Below, one piece after another: positions 7,646 through 16,281 of a stretch of DNA of 24,120 bases. The position numbers and the translations under genes were made by a program. The stretch's first letter is position 1, and each line of letters starts with the position of its first letter. The notes under the pieces were generated by a model, which was not told where the DNA came from, made no database searches, and saw only the letters and a list, made by a program, of their open reading frames with translations. This DNA is from a virus (Duplodnaviria > Caudoviricetes): positions 1-24,120 of IMG/VR virus record IMGVR_UViG_3300020220_000329; one strand, given 5' to 3'.

Positions 7646-10437
7646 TTTCGTTCTCCATACAAAAATCTATTTGATGTGTTGGTTAAAAATCCTGCTGTTG
7701 CTGCAATCAGTGAATTGTCAGAAACCGAGTATGTTTCTTTTATATTGTTATTCATTATAGGATAAGTTTTTGGCCATGTGCTTGGATTTTTTGGATCAAA
7801 ACCCTTTGGCCATGTTTTTGGATCGTTTACATCAATACCTGTGATATTTTTAAGTTCATCTGCAATAGGTTTTAAATCAACTCCTGTGGTGCTTTTCACA
7901 GCATCCATTGCAGTATTAATTCCTTGTTTTACTTGTTCATCATCATCTAAATCAACGCCTGTAGTTGTTTTTACTGCACCCTTAACTGTATCCTTAATCA
8001 TTTTTATGGGATCAGGAAGAGGCATTGGCATTGCACTTTCATTAAAAGAATTTTTTTGTTTAGCACGTGCACGTGCAGTTGAGGCTTCAATCTCTGCATC
8101 ACTTTGTGGCACGTAACCAGCTGGATATCCAGGCGTATCAGGAAGCATCGATTGTGGAACTAGTTCATTTTCAGAAGGATTATCTGTTGGTAGTGCCATT
8201 CTCTTTTTTGTAATTGCTTTTTCTGTTTTATCAACAATTTTATCACGCTTGATATCATCACCGAATCCTTTACCAGGAGGAATTACTGATTGATCTGGAA
8301 GCATTGATCTATTTGGTAGATCGTCTAATCTCATTTCTTCATCCATTTTTTCTTTACGTTCTGCACCAAGTTTGGCAGCAATTGCCATCTCACGACGTTT
8401 CTCTTTAGACTTACCTTTGAATTGAGGAGCATCTGAGTCTTGGAAATCTTTAATTACATCACCCATATCTGCTTTTTCTAAATCAAGTTTCTCACTAACA
8501 TTTTGTGGAGCTCGACGAAGTGCTTCGATTCCTGTTGGCCATGTTATTGGTTTCTCACTAACATTTTGTGGAGCTCGACGAAGTGCTTCGATTCCTGTTG
8601 GCCATGTTATTGGTTTCTCACTAACATTTTGTGGAGCTCGACGAAGTGCTTCGATTCCTGTTGGCCATGTTATTGGTTTCTCACTAACATTTTGTGGAGC
8701 ATGAAGATTCATATGCGCTTGACGAAGTGTTTCATGACTCATCTGTTTTTGACTCAATTCCATGGCAATCGCTGCTTTGCGAGCGCGATTGCGAGTGCTT
8801 CGATATAATGCAGGGTGTTTTCCTGGTGGCATTTCTGGACGTTGAGCATTTGGCTCAAATGGTGGTTCCTCATTGCTCATTTCATCGCCACTCATCTCTG
8901 CCTCTTCTTTCATATCTTTTTTCTTTAATCTCATCAAACTCTTTTGAAATTCGTCTGCCTTTTTTGGATCTTCTGCAGCAAGTTTCTTAAAGATTTTTAG
9001 ATTATTCTTATCGACGTCAGATTGTGTTCCCATACGCCATTCTGCACGCCAGTTATATGGCTTGAGTTTCTTTTGGGCTTCATCAATCTGCTCGACTTCT
9101 TCTTTCATACTCTTTGGTTTTTTTCCAGCTTTTTTCATTGCAATGGCAATCGCAGCCTGCTGTGCTGGATTGGCTGCTTCATCCATCTCATCCATCTCAT
9201 CCATTTCACCGCGCATATAATTTGCTGCAGTGATTATATAATCTTCAGCAAGAGTAATTTTGCTTTGAACCCACTCTGGTAAATTTGTATTGTCTTCAAG
9301 CATGTCATGAAGCATTTTGGAATTGTGCATAATGCTGCGAAGTTGTGACTTTGCCATATCGCCTTCGTAATCATATTCGCCTGAATCTTCATCATCATTC
9401 TCATCTGAATCTCTATTCATATTCTTAGATTTCATTGCTAATATTCTCATTGTCAGTGGCATTAATGTTCGTTGCATTGGACCCTCACATTCTCTTAAGT
9501 CTCTGTTTTCTGGTTGTAAATATTTTTTCATTTCATTTTCAATACTATTATCTGAATCATATGGCTTGACTGGTAATTTTTCTCTGTTATATTCATCTTT
9601 ACGCTTTTGTATTGTTCCTTTCGCATAGTCGGATTGTTCGGGAGGACCATCGCCTAGTGTTGGAATATCGATTCCATAAAATGGCTCAGTGTCTATAATG
9701 ATGGCTGTATCATTAGGATCTAGACCAGTATCTAGATCTAAACCATACATTCGTCTTAGTTCTTCAGTAGATTTTTCTTTTCGACTTTTTTCTCGTTCCT
9801 TTAATTTAGGATCGTTTAGAAGTACATCATTTTCATAGTCTTTCCAGAATGCGGTATTCGTAACCGTGTTTGCAAAATTTCGTACCATTGCGGCGCCAGG
9901 CATATCTTGCATATCTTTTTCTATTTGATCATCTCTCGCCTTTTGTGCTTCTTCTTTAGTTTCATATTTGGTGCCACGAAAGGAAAATTTTCCATCTTCA
10001 GTCTTAGTAATTTCGTACGAATTTTCTTTTTTAGTTTCTTCAAATAAACTTCCAAGACCACCACTTTTGAGATATTCTCCACCTTGCGCAGCATCTCTTG
10101 CGGCTCTAATAAGATCTGCATTTGTTTCGCGACCGCCACCCATTCCTTCTCCACTTTCGCGGCGGCGGTCGCCCATGGCACGAACACGATTAGAAGAGAC
10201 TTTTAATTGGTTACGTTTTTCTGCAGCCTGACGAATGGCTGCAAGTCTTTGTTTTAGTTGTTTTGCTTGTGTAACTTTTTTAAGGCTAGTGGTTGCTGCT
10301 GCAGCAGATCTTCCAAAGTGTTCTGGATAATTTAACTGAAACCACGGTTTTCTTTCTGGGAAAGAACGAAAATAGTTCTCTCTTCCTGCAGAGGACATTT
10401 TTATAACAGCTGGTGCACCTTTTTGCCAACCTTCCAT
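7642..10437 (-). CDS. 931-aa mosaic protein of short modules typical of T4-like phages; putative internal head polyprotein
   Basis: GAGG SD; modules EYDYEGDMAKSQL...LPEWVQSKITLAEDYI, AANPAQQAAIAIAMKKAGKKPK and ADMGDVIKDFQDSDAPQFKGKSKEKRREMAIAA separated by MDE/IDE/MKE/VSE/FNE sites. Confidence 0.8.
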   Translation of the reverse strand: MEGWQKGAPAVIKMSSAGRENYFRSFPERKPWFQLNYPEHFGRSAAAATTSLKKVTQAKQLKQRLAAIRQAAEKRNQLKVSSNRVRAMGDRRRESGEGMGGGRETNADLIRAARDAAQGGEYLKSGGLGSLFEETKKENSYEITKTEDGKFSFRGTKYETKEEAQKARDDQIEKDMQDMPGAAMVRNFANTVTNTAFWKDYENDVLLNDPKLKEREKSRKEKSTEELRRMYGLDLDTGLDPNDTAIIIDTEPFYGIDIPTLGDGPPEQSDYAKGTIQKRKDEYNREKLPVKPYDSDNSIENEMKKYLQPENRDLRECEGPMQRTLMPLTMRILAMKSKNMNRDSDENDDEDSGEYDYEGDMAKSQLRSIMHNSKMLHDMLEDNTNLPEWVQSKITLAEDYIITAANYMRGEMDEMDEMDEAANPAQQAAIAIAMKKAGKKPKSMKEEVEQIDEAQKKLKPYNWRAEWRMGTQSDVDKNNLKIFKKLAAEDPKKADEFQKSLMRLKKKDMKEEAEMSGDEMSNEEPPFEPNAQRPEMPPGKHPALYRSTRNRARKAAIAMELSQKQMSHETLRQAHMNLHAPQNVSEKPITWPTGIEALRRAPQNVSEKPITWPTGIEALRRAPQNVSEKPITWPTGIEALRRAPQNVSEKLDLEKADMGDVIKDFQDSDAPQFKGKSKEKRREMAIAAKLGAERKEKMDEEMRLDDLPNRSMLPDQSVIPPGKGFGDDIKRDKIVDKTEKAITKKRMALPTDNPSENELVPQSMLPDTPGYPAGYVPQSDAEIEASTARARAKQKNSFNESAMPMPLPDPIKMIKDTVKGAVKTTTGVDLDDDEQVKQGINTAMDAVKSTTGVDLKPIADELKNITGIDVNDPKTWPKGFDPKNPSTWPKTYPIMNNNIKETYSVSDNSLIAATAGFLTNTSNRFLYGERK
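8487..8700. repeat. Perfect in-frame 63-bp tandem repeat, 3.4 copies, encoding (APQNVSEKPITWPTGIEALRR)n
   Basis: Unit gtttctcactaacattttgtggagctcgacgaagtgcttcgattcctgttggccatgttattg starts at 8487, 8550, 8613, with a 25-bp partial at 8676. Confidence 0.95.
10091..10138. repeat. Copy 1 of a 48-bp dispersed direct repeat (47/48 identical to 13602-13649), encoding GGRETNADLIRAARDA
   Basis: gcatctcttgcggctctaataagatctgcatttgtttcgcgaccgcca. Confidence 0.9.
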
Positions 10438-10439
10438 CT

Positions 10440-10727
10440 TTAATCCTCTAGATTTTCCTGTATTATTACTTTTAAATCTGTCGTTCCACGTTTAATTCGG
10501 TGGTAAGTATATGCTGGAATAACATATTCTTGTCCGACGCTGAGGATCTGCGGGAGCTGATTTTCAAATTGGATTTCCCAATTATCTCCTTCAAGAACCT
10601 CTACGATTCTATCATTATAATCCCTATGCCATACAAGCTCTTCGCTTAGAATATCCTTTGAAAATGTGCGCAGGAATACTCCATTATTTAGGTTTTTTTG
10701 AATGTATGGACGATTATCTACCACCAT
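10440..10727 (-). CDS. Small cupin-like conserved phage protein (95 aa)
   Basis: LVWHRD..DRIVEVLEG..W.IQ....P......EYVIPA.TYHRI pattern fits a cupin beta-barrel with two His motifs; start codon uncertain by a few codons. Confidence 0.75.
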   Translation of the reverse strand: MVVDNRPYIQKNLNNGVFLRTFSKDILSEELVWHRDYNDRIVEVLEGDNWEIQFENQLPQILSVGQEYVIPAYTYHRIKRGTTDLKVIIQENLED

Positions 10728-13700
10728 TGTTGTCCCGTATTACTGAAAAATCTTGGCCAACGGCATGCCCAATAAGATGCACTAGTGCGATCCTTATTTC
10801 CATAACAATTATGTCTTGCGATGAATGATTTAACTCTTGCTGGTTCATTTAAACGCTTTCTCATGCCTGATTGACTAAAATTAACTTTTATTACGTTACC
10901 TTTTTCGTTTTTTACATAAACCGCACCACCTCCGCGTGAACGGAATGGTTTGCCGATTCCCTTTCCTTTCGTGGGATCACTTTCTTCAAAAATTTCAACC
11001 TCTTCATTTTTTGCTGACTGTATCTGCTTGCGTGTGGGTGCACCTTTCTCTCCTGGTTTACGCATGCGTTCGCCTGATCCACGTTTAATTCGTTCTCGTT
11101 TTGCGCGAATATTTGCCCATAATCCAGGACCTGCCTCGAGAATTTGCTCCTCCTCAATTTGATCACAATCACCACAGCAATTTGGTGTGCCGCAATTTGT
11201 ATGATTTAAATTAAGTTCATCAGCAGTTTCAAAAGGAAAATCTAGTAATACTGCTTCACCATTGTATTCACCAATTTCACCGATATCACTTTCCAAAAGG
11301 TCCTGCTCAGATTCATCTCTTGGTTCATATAGTCCTTCTGCATATAATCGTTTTGCTTCTAGAATCATTGCGAAGAACATGTCTGAACCTGGTCTGAAGA
11401 TATTCTCTATCAATGAGATATTATTATCGTTATGATAGTCAACAGCTTCAGAAAGTGTAGGCTTTTCCTTCTGTTGAGTTTGTGCTCTTAGATTTTTTAA
11501 GTCTCTTCCAAGTAACGCTGCATCAATACCAGCTGAGATGGTTGTTCCAGCTAAAGGAAAAAGACCCGCAACACCTGACAATCCTTCACCAGCTGCACCA
11601 AGATAATCACGTGATCTTAAACGATCAGCAACACCAGCACCAGTGGCAGCGAGACCAAAGCCCACTGGAAGTTTTCTAGCAGCTGCTTTTGATAAAAATT
11701 GGGCAGTAAGTTCTGTTGCTTTTTTGGTTGCTAATTTTGCAGCTGCTGATTGACCAGCTTGAACTGCAGCATCAATTGATGCTCCAGCATAATCGCCAGT
11801 TGCAGCTTTGGCTCCTGCGCCAGCAATAGCAGTACCAGTGCTGATTCTGCTAGTATTACGTCCAACATTTCTAAGAATATTTGTAGTTCTTGATGGCGTA
11901 ACAGCAGACGGGTCGTGGGGTCCTGGGACTCTGCGTGCTGGTGGTTTAGGAGGCGCAGTTTGTTTATTTGTTTTCTTAAACATATCCAATAAGCCTTCAG
12001 CCAATGAGATATTATTATCGTTATGATAATTCACGGCTTCATCGAGTGTCGATTCTTTTAAATTAGCTCGCTGTTTTTGTATATCTCTTGCCAAAAGCGA
12101 TGCATCGATTGCTGTTGAGGCTGCAGTTCCAGTTCCAGGAAATATTGAAGCAATTCCAGAAGCAAGTTCACCTGTTGCACCCAAATAATCACCTTCTTTA
12201 GCTCGACTTACTGATGATGGAATACTTAGAGCAGCTCCAAGAGCAGCTCCAACTAATGGGACTCTCTTTAAAACTGATTTAATTATTGTTAATCTTGCAT
12301 TCTTTGCAGCCAATTCTGCAGCTTGTTGTTTGAGCAGTTCGGCTTTTGCTAATTCGCGAGCAGATGATTCAGCTGCTTGTCTTTCAGCAAGTTTTTTATT
12401 GTGATCAAGAACAATTTGCTCTAATTCACGACGTTGGACATTCAATCTACTACCGATTGTATTATATTCTTTTCCATCAGGACCTAGAATGACTGGTCTT
12501 GGTGCTCGTGGAGGTGCTTGTGTTTTTCCATCTAAGAATGACGCCATTTCACCAGACTTACTTGTAGTCCACCCAATTTGCTGTCCATCTTTCATTAATG
12601 GATTCATTCCAGCAAATGGTTTTTGATTTTCAAATTTATTTTTGCCGAGATCAACTTTCTGCCAAACCTTTCCAGATGCATCTCGTTCAATTGGTTTATT
12701 TGGATCATATGCTGGATGCTTTCTAAGTTTTGCAGCAGAAGCAAAATCCACAGGAACAACATCGCCTTCTGATATTCCAAGAACAGGAAATCCACTTACA
12801 GCATTACCTGTATAATTTTGTGGAACATAACGACGCACTTTAGTTGTTTTTAAATTCGGAGTGAAATCTACACCATCCTCTGCGCCGTCGTTTTCGCCTT
12901 GCTCTTCCTCTTCTTCATCTTCTTCATCATCCTCTTCGCTTTGTTGCGCGAGGAGCATTGCTTTTTCTTCTTCGCTTTGCTCTTGGAATTTTTTTCGAAT
13001 CGATCTGAATGAGTTTCCAGCAATTGCAGAATCTCCTGATTCAGCTGATCCAATTGGTTCACTGCTTGTTGTTTCTTGTTCTGTTTCTGGTTCGTAAACG
13101 TTTGTACCATATACTTCAGGTGGGAAAGCATCTTGAATCTCCTGATCTTGTCCTGGCGTCATTGCTAACGCATAATCTCTATACTCGTCTGTGCCAACTA
13201 GTTGCATTTCATTTAAATCTTCTGTTGACTCTGCTGTAAATCTAACTGGACGTGCTGGTTGTGGAGGATCAACATCATATCCACTTCCTCTTGCTTTAAT
13301 TGGTAGTGGTGCTGGTGCTGGTGCTGGTGCTGGTGCTGGTTTAGCTGGAGCAGGAGCAGGAGCTGGTCTAGGTGTTGCTTCAACAGGTTTACGTGGGAAA
13401 TACTTAGACAAAATGCTAGAAATAGATGGTGCAGCTACTACACGCGATCCATCTGGCAAAGTATATTGTGGTAAATCTGCATCTTTTTGCGCACGAGTAA
13501 GATGTGCACGTGCACCCGCTGCACGAGCCTCTATTTCTGCAGGATTTCTATAATATCTTTGTTGAGCAGCAGTTTGACGACTGTTGATGAAGCCATCCCT
13601 CGCATCTCTTGCGGCTCTAATAAGATTTGCATTTGTTTCGCGACCGCCAGTTGCGTGTTGAACGGCATGTTGTAATTCATGGGCAGCAGTATCTAAGGCA

Positions 13701-14665
13701 TATTTCTTATCATGATTATAAACTTGATTAATCCATATTTTACTTTTACCAACTGTTTCTCCCTGGGTATATTTTCCTGCATAAGGTGCTGGATATTGCG
13801 AGACAACTCGAGTTTCAATATCTTTAAGTTCAGGAAATCTTTTAAATATCTCAGCATTTGGATTAAACACATCTGAAGCCTTTCCTGTTCGCGGAGTAAG
13901 TCCTCTGGCGGGGTCGAATAATGTTGTATCATCAGTTTCTTGCTTCAATTGACCCCATGGATTGCGATGAACTGCTCCACCTGGAGCTTTTCTTCCTGTT
14001 GCATCATAAATTTCTTCTGGAGATTTTCCTGCTTTTTCTAATGCTTTGTACATATCTTCGGCTTCTTTCGTAGCAGGAACAAATATTTGTCGCGCTTTAC
14101 CAGCAACATTTGCCAGTCTTCCAATTGGAAGCATGGATGCTGCAGCCGATGCCATCGCTTTTTTATCACCTGAGCGTCTTGCTCTTTCAATATCACGCGC
14201 TGCAAGTGCTTGACCAACTACTGGAATAAAACCAAGACCTGTTTCAATTGCTGTTTGTTTGAGTGATGTATCTTTTTGTGGATCTAATGAAAAAAAGGAT
14301 TTAAGGTCTTCCTTCATATAATCTTCAAATAATTTATTAATATCTTGATCATGCTCTACGTGATCGCCCATATAACGACCTTCGCCGTATCCGCGACCGC
14401 TTGGATCTGCATTTGGATTGTGCAATCTCTCATGTTCACGACGAATTTTTGCTAATTTTTCTTGATACTCTGGTTTGTCAATTTGTTTTTGTTTTAATTT
14501 GCGTGCTCGATATCTTCCGAGAGTTCGTTGTGCATGTTTTGGTTGACCCAATTTCCTTGCTGCAGCAGCTGGACTTTGACTATAAGTTGCATTAATGTAT
14601 TTGTTATATGTTTCAATATCTAATTCATTAATTTGTACAACGTCTTTTTGTAAATCTTTATTCAT
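10718..14665 (-). CDS. 1315-aa polyvalent protein: pre-toxin-TG-like hairpin, LPD23-like/zincin metallopeptidase, two duplicated Gly/Ala hydrophobic modules, C-terminal DUF6321-like domain
   Basis: GLGFIPVVGQALAARD; EEIYDATG...EIFKRFPELKDI...AHELQHAVQH...YYRNPAEIEARA; DYLGA.GE..SG.A..FP..GT..S..IDA.LL.RD twice; VYVKNEKGNVIKVNF...SFIARHNC..KDRTSASYWACRW. Family names recalled, not searched. Confidence 0.8.
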   Translation of the reverse strand: MNKDLQKDVVQINELDIETYNKYINATYSQSPAAAARKLGQPKHAQRTLGRYRARKLKQKQIDKPEYQEKLAKIRREHERLHNPNADPSGRGYGEGRYMGDHVEHDQDINKLFEDYMKEDLKSFFSLDPQKDTSLKQTAIETGLGFIPVVGQALAARDIERARRSGDKKAMASAAASMLPIGRLANVAGKARQIFVPATKEAEDMYKALEKAGKSPEEIYDATGRKAPGGAVHRNPWGQLKQETDDTTLFDPARGLTPRTGKASDVFNPNAEIFKRFPELKDIETRVVSQYPAPYAGKYTQGETVGKSKIWINQVYNHDKKYALDTAAHELQHAVQHATGGRETNANLIRAARDARDGFINSRQTAAQQRYYRNPAEIEARAAGARAHLTRAQKDADLPQYTLPDGSRVVAAPSISSILSKYFPRKPVEATPRPAPAPAPAKPAPAPAPAPAPLPIKARGSGYDVDPPQPARPVRFTAESTEDLNEMQLVGTDEYRDYALAMTPGQDQEIQDAFPPEVYGTNVYEPETEQETTSSEPIGSAESGDSAIAGNSFRSIRKKFQEQSEEEKAMLLAQQSEEDDEEDEEEEEQGENDGAEDGVDFTPNLKTTKVRRYVPQNYTGNAVSGFPVLGISEGDVVPVDFASAAKLRKHPAYDPNKPIERDASGKVWQKVDLGKNKFENQKPFAGMNPLMKDGQQIGWTTSKSGEMASFLDGKTQAPPRAPRPVILGPDGKEYNTIGSRLNVQRRELEQIVLDHNKKLAERQAAESSARELAKAELLKQQAAELAAKNARLTIIKSVLKRVPLVGAALGAALSIPSSVSRAKEGDYLGATGELASGIASIFPGTGTAASTAIDASLLARDIQKQRANLKESTLDEAVNYHNDNNISLAEGLLDMFKKTNKQTAPPKPPARRVPGPHDPSAVTPSRTTNILRNVGRNTSRISTGTAIAGAGAKAATGDYAGASIDAAVQAGQSAAAKLATKKATELTAQFLSKAAARKLPVGFGLAATGAGVADRLRSRDYLGAAGEGLSGVAGLFPLAGTTISAGIDAALLGRDLKNLRAQTQQKEKPTLSEAVDYHNDNNISLIENIFRPGSDMFFAMILEAKRLYAEGLYEPRDESEQDLLESDIGEIGEYNGEAVLLDFPFETADELNLNHTNCGTPNCCGDCDQIEEEQILEAGPGLWANIRAKRERIKRGSGERMRKPGEKGAPTRKQIQSAKNEEVEIFEESDPTKGKGIGKPFRSRGGGAVYVKNEKGNVIKVNFSQSGMRKRLNEPARVKSFIARHNCYGNKDRTSASYWACRWPRFFSNTGQQWW
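13602..13649. repeat. Copy 2 of the 48-bp dispersed repeat, encoding GGRETNANLIRAARDA just downstream of the HEXXH motif
   Basis: gcatctcttgcggctctaataagatttgcatttgtttcgcgaccgcca. Confidence 0.9.
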
Positions 14666-16277
14666 TATTATTCTCGTTATAGTTTCCTGTTAAATACCAG
14701 CGCTGTGATGCTGGGTGTTTTATCACCTCCCAAAATATATTATTATCAGAGTACATTGCTTTATTTTCAGAAATTAATCGTAATTTATTTACTGGTATTG
14801 AGAGTAAATTTGTAATTTGTTTTGTTGTATCAATCAAACTCTTTAAATTATATGACTCACTTATTGTTTGCATATTTTTTATTTGTCTGCGCTTTTCCAT
14901 GACCTTTGTGTAGTTTCCGCCACGAGCTTTGCGATTTCTTCTTGGATCGATTTTTGGTGGAATCGGTGCATTAAAATTAATTCCCTCAGCCATTGCTTTA
15001 CGAATTGCTAAAGTGTGTTTACTTGGAGTTGTCTTTGATTCAGCATCTCCTGGAGCAGGTTCATATGCTCTTGGATCGCTGTCTGAAAGTTTTGCTTTTT
15101 CTTTCCAGTGAGCAGCACGAGCCTTTGCTGTATCTTTATCAAGACCAGCAACGTATTTTTTTGGTAAACCTGTGTCTTCGTCTTTGTCAATTTTTGGAAA
15201 TTTCTTCTCGCGAAGAAACACAAATGATTTAAGAGCAGGTATTTCAACAGGCAAAATACCACTCTCTTGTATTCGTTTTTCAAGATTTAATGTTTGATCT
15301 TCAAATAAAAGTTTTTCAAATACACTCGGTGAATGTATGTTCATTGAGTTATTAAACACAAATACGTTGTCAAGAGATTCAACTAATTTTTCAACAAAAA
15401 GAAACTTTTGAATACGTTTTGATTCATTTAATGGAACTTGACGCTGTTCATTTCTCAAACGACTAACTTTATTTGTAACTGATGTATAGATGTAATCAAA
15501 ATTATAATTCTCATAAAGATGTTTTACTTTGTTGATTTTATCTAGATCAATTGGACCGTTTATTACGAGATTTTTATTTTGCTCAAATAACTCATGTGCT
15601 GTGCCATTTAAAACTTGATCGATCTGAACTTCCATTAAATCATATTTGGCAAATGTATTCTTCAACACATAATCTTTGCCACTGCCTGGACCACCAATTA
15701 AGAAAAATGCAGTGGCTGATTCTTTAAGTGCAGCGAATGCAGATCTCAACTTATTATAGAGCATATTCGCAGTTTCTCTATGTTCTTCTGGGTATTGCTC
15801 GACGAATTTATCGCGATTGCCAGCTTTAACTAACTCACGCATTTTAGTTCCTGACATTCCTTCTATGCCTTCTGTATTCGAGTCGCGTTCACCAGCAGAG
15901 GATGTTGTAATATTTTTAATTCCTGGATATTCTTTTTCTTTATATTTGTTTAAAAATTTAAATTTATTTTGATCCTCTTCACCACCACCAACAATGTTTA
16001 TATTTGTATGACCTTGCTCCTGTAGATATCGCATCATATCAATGGGTGTGCGAATTTCTGGATCACTTACAATATTTGCATCAGGAAACATTGCACGAAG
16101 TGCAGTAACCTTTGTTTCGTGATCAAGTGGATCACTCTCTGTTCCAGTTGTGTGTGTTGGAAAAATATAATGTTTTCCACTGGTATTTGCAGCATGATCG
16201 ATAGTTGCCTGAATGGCAGCTCCGTGCCCAGGATGCGGTGGCTGTAATCGACCAATAAAGATTGATGCGTTGCTCAT
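14658..16277 (-). CDS. HIGH-superfamily nucleotidyltransferase (cytidylyltransferase/NMNAT-like) fused to a P-loop kinase-like domain and a DUF5824-N-like segment
   Basis: FIGRLQPPHPGH (HxGH) and MSGTKMR motifs; Walker A FFLIGGPGSGKD; GLPKKYVAGL...YEPAPGD..SKT.PSKHT. Confidence 0.8.
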   Translation of the reverse strand: MSNASIFIGRLQPPHPGHGAAIQATIDHAANTSGKHYIFPTHTTGTESDPLDHETKVTALRAMFPDANIVSDPEIRTPIDMMRYLQEQGHTNINIVGGGEEDQNKFKFLNKYKEKEYPGIKNITTSSAGERDSNTEGIEGMSGTKMRELVKAGNRDKFVEQYPEEHRETANMLYNKLRSAFAALKESATAFFLIGGPGSGKDYVLKNTFAKYDLMEVQIDQVLNGTAHELFEQNKNLVINGPIDLDKINKVKHLYENYNFDYIYTSVTNKVSRLRNEQRQVPLNESKRIQKFLFVEKLVESLDNVFVFNNSMNIHSPSVFEKLLFEDQTLNLEKRIQESGILPVEIPALKSFVFLREKKFPKIDKDEDTGLPKKYVAGLDKDTAKARAAHWKEKAKLSDSDPRAYEPAPGDAESKTTPSKHTLAIRKAMAEGINFNAPIPPKIDPRRNRKARGGNYTKVMEKRRQIKNMQTISESYNLKSLIDTTKQITNLLSIPVNKLRLISENKAMYSDNNIFWEVIKHPASQRWYLTGNYNENNNE

Positions 16278-16281
16278 ATTA

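Noticed and set aside
8487-8700. CRISPR-like appearance (25-bp repeat x4 with 38-bp intervals)
   Set aside because: The intervals are identical, the period is a multiple of 3 and in frame within a long CDS, and there are no cas genes or leader: it is a coding tandem repeat
10685-10691. Extra CTAAATA motifs inside coding regions (10685-10691; also 19870-19876)
   Set aside because: A 7-mer in AT-rich DNA is expected by chance; intragenic and without other support, so not called, though not excluded
10091-13649. Diversity-generating retroelement TR/VR pair as explanation for the 48-bp repeat
   Set aside because: Too short, only one mismatch, both copies mid-gene, and no reverse transcriptase in the window
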